Shown here piece after piece: positions 25,101 to 40,300 of a stretch of 64,000 bases of DNA. A program made the translations under genes and the position numbers. The notes beneath the pieces were generated by a model that had not been told where the DNA came from, did no database searches, and saw only the letters and a program-made list of their open reading frames with translations. Position 1 is the stretch's first letter. Every line of letters begins with the position of its first letter. Source of the DNA: Bugula neritina (Eukaryota; Animalia; Bryozoa); NCBI GenBank assembly GCA_964035545.1, contig OZ037770.1, positions 3,814,662 to 3,878,661 of the forward strand, in the 5' to 3' direction.

Positions 25101-28100
25101 CTCCACCTCAAAGCCTTCTTTTGTCAATTCCAACAGAATAAACCTGAAAGAGCTAAATGCTCCGCTTAAAGACAAAACTTTCTCATTCACTTCTTCCCAG
25201 ATCAGTGGCAAAAGCTTAACAAAGTGCTGAATGCTTAGAAGAAGAGAGCTTTTTATTGTTTCAAATTCAGCATACTTGTCTTCTTTTCCAATCTGATAAA
25301 TATCTTCACTAGCAAAAACCTTTCCATTTGATGAGTTGAAATGCTGAATTTTCGAGAAATCTCCATCTGAACTTTTCTCTTCATTAAGAACTTCTTTGCA
25401 AAGCTGTTCAGATATGCTAAGAAAACTTTCTTTAAGCTGTTGAAACTGTTCACTCTGAAACTTATCCTTGTGTGTGAAGACAAGCTTAGGTGGGCCAAGA
25501 GTAGGATGGGCCAGATAGAGGTGAGACATGAAGTCAAAGGCCAACTTTCTGACAGCCTCTTTCTTTGTAAACTCATTTGAAATCTGATCATACTGCTCCA
25601 TGTTGACTACAACTACTGGTACACAATTCTGCCTCAGTGTTAAATGGTATGTGATATGGTAGACCTCCTGGCCTCCCATATCTATGAGACGAAGAATTGT
25701 ACCGTCCACCTCCACCTCTTCCACATTAAACACCTTTGTAGTCTCATCATACTCTGCATTAGGACTTCTGTCAGTCAGAACTCTTTTCCTGTCAGTGTTC
25801 TGTAATGTTCTGATTAGACTGGTCTTACCTGCCATGGTGTTTCCCACCACGACTATTGTAGCAAATGGAAAATTTCTACCAGCACCTTTAGCCAAGTCTG
25901 TGTAGTATTGTCGTACAGCATCTAATCCCCTCTCACAAACTTCTAGTGGAGGAGATGTAAAGGCATAGCAACCCTGTGTTATGAGGAGACTAAGATGTGT
26001 TAGCTGTAGTATCTCAGGATTCAAAGATGTCATGGATCTGTTGTAGGATATATTCAGTATGTACAGATTACTCAATGTACACACTGAAGATGGGAGACTG
26101 GTGAATTTATTCTCTGATATGTTTAGTATCTGTAACTTCTGTAGACTCTGTAACCTAACAATACATTATAGTTCTATGGTCAGCACAAACTAGAGGTAAG
26201 TGTGATCTACTTGTTGTAATAAAGATACAATGATAGTGAAAAATTTATAATAGAACTCAGAATGTAGTATGAAATGGCAGTGAATACAGTGAGCTTATTA
26301 TGTAAAACTCTTATTGTTTAGAGTAGTACAGTAGATAATTGTTATTCTAGAATTTGCCCTTATTGATTTCGTCACAATTGTCAAGTATTATTTTCAAGCT
26401 CTACAATTAATATTTCGAAACATTTACAGCACTACAACTATGAATAATTATTTGGTCAAAAATAATAAATAAGTACCTTATTATTGTCACTTTAGCACAA
26501 TTCCTAACACTACCATAAACAATGCTGTTCTATATAGCATGTAGTTGATTATAACTGCTTACACTGATATTTTATTAGATATGTATTATAATGAAAATTA
26601 CAAAACTAGATAACTAAATTCTGCAGGATATACAGTATCTATAGTATTCATTTGGCAGAAAAACGCCAATTTTTGACTTAGGTTCACAATCCCAGATAAA
26701 GCTTTTTTCTCTCCTGATTATTCAAATATAGGGTCCAAGTAAATGTTTTTAGGTGGGTGTGGACTTTTTATCCTTGAGAATTTTGAGAAATTTAAGATGG
26801 GTGCTAGGCACCAGACGATTCTATATAATTTAAATGTACCTACCCATCGGGGAGCTAAATTTAAGGTTCCAATGATTTGAAATCTTTAGAAATTAAACTG
26901 CCTTTATCACGTTCATTATTAAGTAATAGGCAAATTATACCCAAGAGGAACTAGGCAAAATCTTAATCACTCATTTTTTAAAGTTTAACCTAACCTTACT
27001 GGTCTAAATTTATGAAAATTTACTATATGGGGTGATATTTTTATGCTGATCACAAATATGTCAACCAAATAAAGCTGAAGAAAGTTCTGAAAAGTAAAAA
27101 TACAACGTCTTTGTCATATATGAGCTAAATAGCAATTTATTTCAAATTAGCATGCCTATCAAAAAGGTTTGTTGAGCTGCCAATTTGATAGTTATTTTCA
27201 CTTTTAAAACTTTAGCTTTGTTTTTTAACATTAGAAAATGGGTCAAAAAACCTTGATAAAACAACACTATGGCTTCTTAACATAATTCAATTGCTTTAAT
27301 ATTAACACATCATTTATCTAAATATTGATATTTTTGCTTTCAAAAGCTACTTCTACAATCAGCATATTTGACTTTTTCTCTAAAAAAATTGTAAACAAAT
27401 TTTATGAATGAGAATCTATTTCATGCTGGGGGAAGTAATACATCTATTAGAACAGTGGTTCTTTACATTTTTTGATACCAATCTCTTTTTATAAACATTT
27501 ACTATTATTTTCTCCCCGTTTAATGAGCTATGTTGGGTGCACTGGAACACCAATTGCTGAAACTGATTTAGTAGAAGTAGTTCTTTCTACGTTTGATGGT
27601 CTCCCAAAAATTCCAAAGAGAAAAAATTTCCTCAGAATGTGCTAGGTCTGAGAATATAGATGAAAGAGCTGTGAAGAAGTCAGTTTTTGATGAAAGTGTA
27701 ATCACTAGCATGGAAGACCTTGAAAAGATGTTGACTAATATTTCAGAGAGCTCAAGAACAGCAAAAACTGTGGGTCATGCGCTGTATTATACCAATTTTT
27801 ACCATCAACACTTGCATCATTATAGCTGATGGGGAAGAAGACTGGGCCTCACACCTAGCAAGGGAAAAGGAAATGTACATATCTGCGTAGCATGGAGGTC
27901 ATACCACAAGCTGCAAGGATTGAATTCTCAGCTGGTAACCACACAGTGCATCATAAACACGGCCAGCTGGGCGGCATCTGGTCAGACATGATCATTGAGG
28001 TGACCTTTGTGAGATTTGGTCACAGCAAAGGGAAATCATTGGCATTACTACTAAACCTGAATCTCTCAAGGTGTGGGTGTACAGTACTTCTGCATGCAAC

Positions 28101-31100
28101 AAGATATAGTAAGGGCTCAGTGACATCAAAGATGAGTCTTAAATACATGCTTCCACTACTCATAAAGATGATATGCAATTCAATCTGATTCAAAAGACAG
28201 AGAGTGTGTCAAAAGGAAGATTGAACTCTGCAATGACCCTCTTAAAGAAGGATGCCACCCAGTTGCTCTTGTCAATATTGAAACAGAGAAAGTCATCAGT
28301 TATTTAACAATTATTATTGACAATATTTTCGCTATAGGTAAAGCATTTATGCAAGAATTTAAAGTGAACTGGTCAGAGGGGTTAAATCATTCTTTCTCAT
28401 CTAAAGTTAAAGCAATGATATCATCTCAAAACATATTAAGGTTTCTAATACCACTGTGCATGATACTGAAGTCATATATGCCCGAGCCATTGCACTCAAG
28501 CACACTAAGAATTTGGACGCTGACTCATTAATGGCTCATAAACTTGCAGCATTGCCACCTTCTACATTCAAGGAAGCATGAAAAATAAGAGAAGCTAGGA
28601 CCAAGTCAATTCTCAGAAAATCTGTGAAATTTTGAATTTTCAGAACAATCCGCGACAAAATGATAAGAAAATTTCAACCAAGCTGGAGATTCTCTTATAC
28701 AGAACGGCAATTAAAACTACACTAATGTATGGAAATCAGATATGGCCACTGACTCAATGTCACAAATTCTGAGTGTACATATACCTATAGACTTACCGGG
28801 TTTTTCCTAATGATTATACAGGAATGTTCATAAGTGTTCTAGACTGATCAAAGAGATGGGTCATTGTTCATTGTTGTTGTTTTCATTAGTCATGTTAACT
28901 ACTGCCCAGCAATGTAAACAAGGTGTTGCGCAATAATTGCAAAATAACCATAGAAATTCCAATGTTTTGTTTGTTTTGATTTTCTATCTTAATAGTATTG
29001 GCATGTGGAGAATGTTTTCTACTAGAATTTTCTATACCGGAATGCTTGAGAATGTTCTAGAGTTTTTTTTGTTTACTATAGATACTGAGGCAGTTGTGCT
29101 TACAAATCAGTTCATTTTTATAAGTTCATCTGTGCATATCTTACTGGAGGAATAAAGTCTACTTATATTCACAACTCTATTTACTCTCAACTGGATTAGG
29201 AAGCTGTATGCTAATTGTCTAAACACTTCTGACTGCCAGACTTTTTGAACTCGTCACACTGCTACCAACAGTTTTGTGACACTCAAAGACAAAAAGCAAG
29301 ATAAGTGCAACTGAGATGAGAATGCTTTGACACATTTACAATATAGATTGGGACGAATATGTAACAAACAATAGTATAAGGGAGGAAGCCAAAATAGAAG
29401 CCATCGTAATAGACATGAGGAGGAGACCTCTTCAATGGTATGAAAATGTGTGCATAAGAGATAGGGAAGAAGATAATTTAATGGGGGCTGAAATGAAGAT
29501 ACAGAAAAAGAGAAAAAGAGGGAAGCCAAAGAAAAAGGTTAATGGATACAGTGAAGGATGACATACTGAAATGTGGCCTCCCAGATAAAGATGTTGACCA
29601 CAGAATCAGATGACACTCTCTGATAGCGATTGGTGCCCTGCAAAACCACCACCCATCTTGAACCACGACGTACTAGGTGAGAAAGTCTGAGACAAAACCC
29701 TATAATAGACAATTTGCTGCTTTTCCATGGCCTTTCAGGGTGTGATACAGTAGCGATAATGTAACATGTTGGAAAAAGAGTCATATTAAATGTCTTGGTC
29801 CAAAGAAGATGTGATTTCGTGACATTAGTGCTTCTTTTCAGGATGACTGTTCATACAAGCTATCAGGTTTATGCTATGTTGCTACAATTATGCAAAGTGC
29901 TCTTCCATTACATCTACAAGACAAAAGGCCTTGGAAAACCAAGGTCTGAAATGCTATTTGAGATGTGCCTTTAACTTATGTACTTTGCCTCCTACAGATG
30001 AAGCTATTGGACAATGTCACCAGAGCACACCTTCATATGAAACTGCAGCATTAAACCCCTTAAATAACATTGGTGGACAAAAGAGGATCTAATAGAATCT
30101 CTTTTCCCAAAAGGAATAGGAAATGATGTGCTTACATGCACCAGACAGTATTATGAAGTGGATCATTTTACTTAATTTGGTGTACACTCGATGACTAGTT
30201 TTTGGCAATTTTTTACAATTTAGCTGCTAATGTATATAAATTTTCTGCCTTAAACTAATAAAATTTTAACAAATAAAACTTAAAAATTAAGGCTTTTCAA
30301 TTATGCATGATTTTCAATGTTTTTCCTGATCTATTAGTACATTGAGATATTATATGGACAGTGATGGTTCACAAACATATATTCACCTTGTATGACAATG
30401 ACGCAGCACTTAAACGTTGCAAAACCTTCTCCCAGTCTTTTATTGCTATGTATAGTTAGAATCAGCAAATTCTATTGCCCCATATAGTAAGTTTTCATGA
30501 ATTTTGAGCAAACTTTAAAATGTTTGATCATAATCTGCTGATGTGTACTAAATAAATTAAAATGACCAAAATTAATTGAATACTCCTGTGGAAGCCACCA
30601 ATTATGCAAAACAACAAGATATGGCTGTTCTAGTACATCTATCCCATGCACAGAGTTCTGCCCTTGTGAAGCAATAACAGGAGTGTGCTGCAATGAACTA
30701 GCATTTCTAACATATGTTAATGATGGAAAAAAAGGTGTTCAATATGAACATGAGCGAAAGTTAGTCACATCTGTATGAGTATATATATGTTCTAGTTTAA
30801 CTTTAGCTGAGCAATATCCTTCTGTATCTTTTTCACTTTCTATTCACTCACAATAAGCAATGTTTTTCTTCATATATCTGACCAAATAATTATTTAAAAA
30901 CCTTGTATCACTTCTCTGTACCATATGTGATGTTTTATTGAAGCAATGACGATTTTTAAGCTGGGCAACATGTCTCTTGGCTCTTTTCTTTCATCTTTTT
31001 TTACTGGCAGAGCGCATATTTATTCCAAAATTGCAAATCAATTTGAACCATCAAAAAATTTTGTTTTTGCAACATATAATAATTATTATATACTTTATGC

Positions 31101-34100
31101 CTACAAAATTACGATTTTTTCATAATTGGCGGCCATCTTAGATTTCTCAAAATGCTCAAGGATGGCTGGTTCACACCCACCTGAAAACATTCACTTGGAC
31201 CTTCAAGATAAAAGATCAAGGGAGAAAAAAACTTTATCCGAGATTGCTATATAATACAGTTATAATCAAATTATAATTAGAGAAACAAAGCTATCCTGTA
31301 TAAGTCTGCATGAAGTACTAAAAAAATATGTCGGGGAAAACACACTACTCTGTATCTTTTGCTCTACCATCATAATGTAATTTAACTGTGTAACTATTTT
31401 GCTGAAACAAATGAGTTAACAAATATCTTAAATGGTAAGTCTATAGTGACACACAAACCTCTCAGGTAGATCAGATAATTTACAGTTCCCCATATTCAAC
31501 TCTTTGAGTGATGTGAGTGATGACACAACTTCTGGTACTGTGTTGACAGGATTCCATCCTATGTGTAGTTTCTCTAACTGAGTCAGCTGACATAGACTGT
31601 AATATAAAGTGAATGATGAATGTAGACTGACTTATACATTTTATAATTGCAAAAATTGCTATAACTACCATATAATTATGACGGATACGACAACTACATG
31701 TACCATCACCTTGTTTCTTCACTACACCTTTATTCAACTTATCATGACACTGGACTACTATATAGGTGAAAATATATTAATGTACCATAATGGTATACAA
31801 CTATTTAGGGAGCAGCCGTGGTCTAGGGGTTAGAGCGTTTGCCTAGTAAACACGAAGGTCATGGGTTTGAGCCCAGACAAAGGCCATTAGATGATAAAAG
31901 GAAAAGCATCCAGTCATAATTGCTCCTGTGCCTCATTTAAACAAGTCCTTAGCCCGATTTATACAGGGATAGTGACTATAAATTTGCGTGAGAAAAAAAT
32001 GGTATACAACTATTTAATTATTATACTCAGTAAACACAAGTAAACTAGATATAATGACTTATAATCAATTACACTTTTTAACAGCGTAAGGATATACTAT
32101 AATACAATGATCGACATACCTTAAAACTATGGGGTTTTCACGTACATTATTGCAAACCATTACATACGTCATATATAGATGACTTCAAAAAAATACATTT
32201 TTTATTCTCCCACTTTATGTTGGCACACAATAATGTTAGTTGGTAAGTATATAAAGATGCCAATTATTGAATGTTTTTAAACAACTCATTAACTGTAATT
32301 GTAAAGTTAGCACTGAACATAATTTAATTCAAGCAGTAAAAGTAACATAGTGTAATGAATACGTAATAGTTAATCAAGCATTCAGCGTTGCGTTTAACAT
32401 AACGTTTCACTCAAATAGGCTATCACATCACTTGATTCCCGCCTACGCAGCGACTGCTAGTTGTAAATTCACTAATTAGATTGCAGCACGCCCTCGCCCA
32501 TTGGCTGTGGCTTTAAGCTTTGGCAGCCCGGATGTTTCAGTGCAGACATTGAACCTACAGCTATAGTAGAATAGTAGCTGCTAGCGATGCAATTTCATCA
32601 CATCGATAACAATCAATTTTAAATGATATAATTCATAAAATATAAATTAATTTAAATTGGAATTAACTTAAAGAAGCACGGGTTAGTTTTGTCTTTCAGT
32701 ATTTGTAATAATTTGAGGCTTTCCTTAAGTATTTTTATCTATTTTTAGCTAGATAAGAATAACTATTTGGTTTATTAAACATGTTTATAAGTTTGACAAT
32801 TTTTAGAATGCTAGTGCGGTCAGTGTATGATAGAATGTATGGCTATGTGTTTACTTTTTAATAGATTTCTCATAAAATTACTACTCTAAAGGCAGGCTCT
32901 CTAGTGATTGATCAGTTTGGCACTAGATAGTATAAATATTCTAATTGGCAGTTAAAGCCTTATTTTTACACTTACATGCAGTATTTTAATGCAGCTACTA
33001 ATTCAAGTCAACATTGAATATAAGTTTTAATCCCTGTCTTTGAGCTATACATTCATTTTTACTAATTGTGTCAACATTTGTCTAATTGCAGTTATCACCA
33101 AATGTCATTTTTATTATAGTTTGATATTTTTTAGTAGACCTGTAATACCGTTTCATAGAAACAAACTCACCCTAGCTAGCCACTAAAAGAAGGCAAAAGG
33201 TGATTAATTCAAGATCTGTATACATGTTTGAATATTTTGCAACTTCATGAATAATTTTCTGTTTGTTTTATTTTAAAAACATGTTATAATTGCATATATT
33301 AATAACCTACTTTTACAGTTTTTTACGGCAGTTGGAATAAGTAAAAATAAAATACTAACACCAACACCATGCAGTACAACTCATTTATAGTTAGTGGTGA
33401 TGCTACAGTAAGTGACACAAACCTCTCAGGAAGAGTAGATAATCCACAGCTCATCAGATTCAACTCTTTAAGTGACGTGAGTGATGACACAACTTCTGGT
33501 ACTGTGTAGAGAGGATTATCTTCTATGTCTAGCTTCTCTAACTGAGTCAGCTGGCATAAACTGTAATATAAAGTGAATGATATATATTCAGTGTGCACTA
33601 CCATAATATTTTATATTATATTAACCTATTGTCTTAAACCAGGTAAAATTATATATACACTATATGCAACTTAACTACCAAACAACTTATTGTAGCATAT
33701 AGTACATGTTGCAAAGCATGAAAATGTAGCAGTTTATTATTATAGCATAAAAGTATTCAATTATTGTAGTCATTGAATGCTAAAAAACTACAACTAACTG
33801 CTAACTATTAATTACACTTTCATATCACAAGAATATAATATAATGGCATACTTTAAAATTATGTTATTTTTACAATACTATGAACTATTACATATAATAT
33901 ATTCCTTTAAAAAATGCATTTCATGTTTCTCAATTATATAATGACATACTGTAATACTACTTGGTAAGCATAATATGAAGATGTCAAATATTGAATGCAT
34001 GTTTAAAAAAACAAAAACAATGACACAAACCTCTTAGGTAGATTAGATAATTCACAGCTCCTCATATTCAACTCTTTAAGTGATGTGAGAGATGACACAA

Positions 34101-36949
34101 CTTCTGGTACTGTGTCGAGAGGATTCCATCCTATCTCTAGTTTCTCTAACTGAGTCAGCTGACATAAACTGTAATATATAGTGAATGGTATATGTAGTCT
34201 ACTGTATCATATGATGACATATTCTGTAGCTACTCAGTTATAATGTAAATTATGTAGTAAACAATTTTGTTGAGACAGGGCACAACAGAAAGATTATATT
34301 ATGGCATGTTATAGGTGTAATGGATGCCCTGTGTAGAGTTGACTGATTAGATTTGTTTATAAGGTTAGCCTGTTAGTTTAGTTATAGATAAAGGCTACTC
34401 TACAATGTAATGCTATATGGCATGACTGTAATAAATAGTATACAATATTATAGCTGATCTGACATAAATTAGACCCAATTTGTCATTTTGATAAATCTGT
34501 TATTTTTGGATTTAGCGTCATATAATATATATGTATGCCTCCTACTTGTACATGTATGTGATATAGTACTATGCTACACATATACTGTTTAGTATGTTAC
34601 CTTTGGTACTCAACTATATGAAACACGCTTATATTGATGATATAATATCCATAACAGTAAAAACAGTTTTGTACTGTTTATAAGTTCTACAACTGTTTTG
34701 GCTTGTGTAGATACAATGTTTTGCTTATTACTATAGGTTTATATACTGCATGATAATATTATAAGTAAGAATGTGAGTGAAGACAGTTAACACAACTAAA
34801 TTTATTTGACAGCTATACCGCAGAAATACTTACTTGTCTAGACTTGCTCTGTCAGTCAGGTTAGAAACACATAGACACAGGGCTTTACCAGCAATCTCTC
34901 CAATGTTGTTTGGAATTCTCCCTTCCAGTTTGAGATATGTGATATGACAACTTCCAACTTCACGTTTTACCTCAGCAGTATTGTATGATTTGGTAATAGC
35001 ATACTGTATATCTGACCAGTCTACGAGAGACTGACCAGAATGTCTGAACCAAATTCTTATATTCTCTGTAACATTATACAGTGACAGTGTAATTACTACA
35101 CAGTGCCAGCAGGTGTTGCCAGGCAGCTTTAGGTTTACGAAATAAATAGATCACTGATTCCTGAAAACAACCGTTTTATTTAAAATCTTTGAAATTATGC
35201 TGCTTCGGTTTCAATAAAAGTCCCCCCGAGTAATACTAGCATATTATATTCTTTGCTATACAATTTTAAAAAAATAGTTTGAATGTTGATTTAAAGCAGC
35301 CAAAATTAAGCCGTGTTAGTATTTTATATTCACTAATAATTGGTCCAAATACCAACATAAGTTAAAACTTTCTATATCTGACACTGCGTACTCCCTATAC
35401 CCTATCAGTTACACAGATGACAGCTGTACAGGATGATCATAGATATACTCGAACTAGCGTAGTTAGAGCACTTTCTGAATTGTGGAATCTAGAGCTATAT
35501 AAGTATTTCAATGTTTCTCATATTTCAACTATAGAAAAAAGCATACCAATATAGAAAGGTTTCTGAAAAGTCTTGTCACAATAACATTCTTGTCAATTTA
35601 GATGAAACATTTGCTAGTTTTGCTCAAATAAAAAGAAAATTTATGCATTGAAAACCAATATAACTGATTGCATTCGAAATAATATTCAAATGAATGCCAA
35701 GTATACTGCATATAAATACAAATAGTGCGATAACATTGGCATACACCATGTGCTACTCTCCTTCCCTCAATCGCCTTTGGACCATGTAGTTTACTTACTG
35801 TTCTACAAACAAACCGGCTACATATCTCTATCCTTAACTGACATTTGCAGGCATGCTGCACCATTATTGTAACTAATGAAAGATTTTTACCTGCACCTCC
35901 AGCCAAATCTGTGTAGTATTGTCGTACAGCATATAATCCTCTTTCGCAGACTTCTAGTGGAGGAGATGTAAAGGCATAGCAACCCTGTGTTATGAGAAGA
36001 CTAAGATGTGTTAGCTGTAGTATCTCAGGGTTCAAAGATGTCATGGATCTGTTGCTGGATATATTCAGTGTGTGCAGATTACTCAATGTACACACTAAAG
36101 ATGGGAGACTAGTGAAGTCATTAAATGATATGTCTAGTATCTGTAACTTCTGTAGACTCTGTAACCTAACGATACATTATAAGTGTATAGTCAGCAAACT
36201 AGAGGTAAGAGAGATCTACTAGCTGTCATGAATATACAAAGATATTAAAGTAATAGAAGAGATAGTAAGAAGTAGCAGTGACTACAGTGTGATTATTATA
36301 TAACACCCTAACTATTTGGAGTAGTACAATAGAAAGGTGATATTTTAGAATTTGCTCTTTGCCCTTTGCCCCATGCATGCATGAGGTATTACAGAAGATA
36401 TGTCAGATAAAACACAATACTCTATACTATATTACTTTACATTCATAATGAATAGTTTGACTGTGTGACTGTTTTGCTGAAATGAATGAGTTCACAAATA
36501 TCTTGAACAGTAATTCTATTGTTACAGACAGACCTCTCAGGTAGATCAAATAATTTACAGCCCCTCATACACAACTCTTTAAGTGATGTGAGTGATGGGA
36601 CCACCTTTGGTACTGTGTTGAGAAGATTCCAATTTGTTTCTAGTCTCTCTAACTGAGTCAACTGACATAGACTGTAAGGTAAAGTATATGATATATGTAG
36701 TTTGACTTAGACAGAGGATAATTATAAGAGTTGCTAAAACTACAAAAAATTATGAGAGATAAGATAACTACTATATCAAGTTGATTGTCTCTTCACAACA
36801 GTTCTATATTCACCTTATCATGACACTTGACTAATATGTGAATATATAACAGTGTATTATAATAGAGTACAAGAATTCAACACTTAGTAAATACTAGTAA
36901 ATTAGAAATGACTGCAATAACTGTTAATCACGTTTTTTATAGCATAGGA

Positions 36950-37029
<80 letters not shown>

Positions 37030-37072
37030 ATATATATATGTATATATATGTATATATAAATGTATATATATA

Positions 37073-37126
<54 letters not shown>

Positions 37127-37269
37127 TACATATAGACATATATACATATATACATATATACATTTATACATATATACATATATACATATATACATATATA
37201 CATATATACATATATACATATATACATATATACATATATACATATATACATATATACATATATACATAT

Positions 37270-37349
<80 letters not shown>

Positions 37350-40300
37350 CTATATATATATACATATGTGAGTGTGCGTGCGTGTGCACGTGCATGTGTC
37401 TGTAACTTTAATAAATTTAATTTCATATTTTTCAATGACATACCATAATAATACTTGGTAAGCATATAGAGTTGTCAAAGATTGAATGTTTTAAACAATA
37501 CAAAACCTGTGACACAAACCTCTCAGGTAGAGTAGATAATTTACAGCTCTCCATATCCAACTCTTTAAGTGATGTGAGTGATGACACAACATTTGGTACT
37601 GTGTTGAGAGGATTCCATTCTATGTTTAGTTTCTCTAACTGAGTCAGCTGACATAGACTGTAATATAAAGTGTGTGATTTATATGTAGTCTGCATTAATA
37701 TATTATTTTATACAATAATCACATTTGGTTTTCAACCAGGTAAAACTATATACAACCTTACTACCAAGCAACTTATTATAGCATTGTACATGCAGAGCAT
37801 GAGAAGTTAACAGTTTATTATAATAGTATACAAGTATTCAATTATTATATATACTCAGTGTGTGAATACTAATCAACTATACAACTGCTTACTATTATTT
37901 ACATTTTTATAGCATAAGAATATATAAAGACATACGTTAAATTCGGTTATTTTCACAATATTACGGACCATATTTCATATAGAAATGACAAAAATTGCAT
38001 TTCACATAATATTTCTTCAATTATATAATGACATGCCCTAATTATACTTGGCAAGGAACTATTTTAGGGTTTTAACCTGTGACAAACAAACCTCTTAGGT
38101 AGAGTAGATAATTTACAGCTCCCCATATCCAACTTTTTAAGTGATGTGAGTGATGAGACAACATCTGGTACTGTGTTTAGAGGATTCCTTCCTATGTCTA
38201 GTTTCTCTAGCTGAGTCAGCTGACACAGACTGTAATATAAAGTGTATGATTCATATGTAGTCTGCATTACTATAATATTTTATACTATATTCACATTTTG
38301 TTTTCAACCAGGTAAAACTATATACAACTTAATTACCAAGCAACTTATTGTAGCATTGTACATATGCAGAGTATGAGAAGTTAACAGTTTAATATAATAG
38401 TATACAAGTATTCAATTATTATATATACTCAGTGTGTGAATACTAATCAACTATACAACTGCTAACTATCATTTACATTTTCATTGCACAAGAATTTATA
38501 ATGGCATAATTCAAAATTATGTTATTTTCACAATAATACAGACCAAATTTCATATATAATTCAAAACATTTGCATTTCACATATTTTTCAATTATATAGT
38601 TATACAAACTAATAATACTTGGAAGGAACTATTTTAGGATTTCAAGTATTAAATGTTTCAAACAATACAAAAACTGTGACAAACAAACCTCTCAGGTAGA
38701 GTGGATAATTCACATCTCTTCATATTCAACTCTTTGAGTGATGTGAGTGATGACACAACTTCTGGTACTCTGTTGAGAGGATTCCAGCCTATGTCTAGTT
38801 TCTCTAACTGAGTCAGCTGACACAGACTGTAATACAAAGTGTGTAATATATGTAGTCTACTGTATCATATAATGACATATTCTGTACTCTGCTATATAAT
38901 GTAAATTACGTAGCAAACAATTTTGTTGAGACAGGGTACAGCAAAAAAAAGCTATTATCTCATGCTGTAGGTGTAATGGGTGCCCTGTGTAGAATTGAGT
39001 GATTAGATGTATTTGTATAAAGACATCCTGTAAGTTTAGTAGATAAGGGCTACATCTACAATGTATTGCTAATATATAGTATGATTTATAATAATAAATG
39101 GTTTACTTTGTTATAGCTAATCTGACACAAATTAGCATGTATTTAATATTCCGAAAATCTTGTATTTTTAAGTATATGGCTACATATAATATGCTTATAT
39201 ATATTATGTGTTACAAATATAAACCTTCTGTATAATCCTACATGTATACATGTACTACATATAATATGTTACTTCTGTATTCAACTACATAAAACATATG
39301 TATTAATTTAAGATAGCGTATGTAACACTACAGACAGTTTCCCACTGTCTAATTTCTACAACTCGTTCAGCTGGTAGAGATACAGTGTTATACATATTAC
39401 TATAGCTTTCAGTATATATTTTCCTAGAATGTTGTTTAGAGACATAAAAAAACTGCCTATGCACAACATACTTTGCATCTGTTTAGTATCTCGTAATTAG
39501 ACATAAAAAAATCAAAGCCAATTATAAGGTAAAAGACCATAATACTGTACTATCATTGGATAGTTCTTCATCAATAAACAGGTAGTCGCCAGTGGTGGAT
39601 ATGAACCCCTCCTAGATGTTTCTCGTATTTCTTCCTCAAAAAACATTTTCATTAAGCCAAAAAGAAATAACAATACACCTCTTTAGTTGACACTTTTTAA
39701 TTTCTGACTGATATTTCACCTTATTTCCAATTATAATTAACTTTTAACCGGCACTTTTCTTTGTAGTAATTCCTACCCTTTAGACTGTGTACTTTGAAAT
39801 GAGTCTGTTTTACTTGTTACATAAAGTATAGTTGCACTGGCTACAGGTTGACACAAAAGCAAGCCTATCTTGATAAAATCATGCGCAATTGTAGAAACTA
39901 TCGAGGAGTTTGTTCCTCATAATTAGAAATTGACAAATTATTTTTAATCCGTTTAAAAGCATCTGGTTAGGGAAGCATATGCCGTGTTCAATTTGTTATT
40001 CTAGCATTAACAATAACAGAATGCAATAATTATAAGTTTATGAAAGTAATTTGTATTCTTTCTAATTACAAATATAATATTTTAGTATAATATATTGTAA
40101 ATTTATAAGGCTTGCATTAGGAATAACGCAGCTAAAACATCATTTTCCTTAAAGCCTTAAAAATATATAAGTATAACATAATACACTATGCCAATAAACT
40201 TATTAAAGTACCAAGCAAGCTTAGCTAGTTTAAGAAAAATTACACTAGGTAAATTACCATTATTTATAGAATGCTTGCTGATATTAGCTTTTGATGTAAT

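Noticed and set aside
31808-31880. tRNA gene
   Set aside because: A and B boxes are present, but it has a body, an A-tail and a 19-bp TSD, so it is a SINE head.
36902-37448. Poly-YI ORFs (also near 19194, 60761, 61688-62286 and 63739)
   Set aside because: Translations of (TA)n microsatellites.
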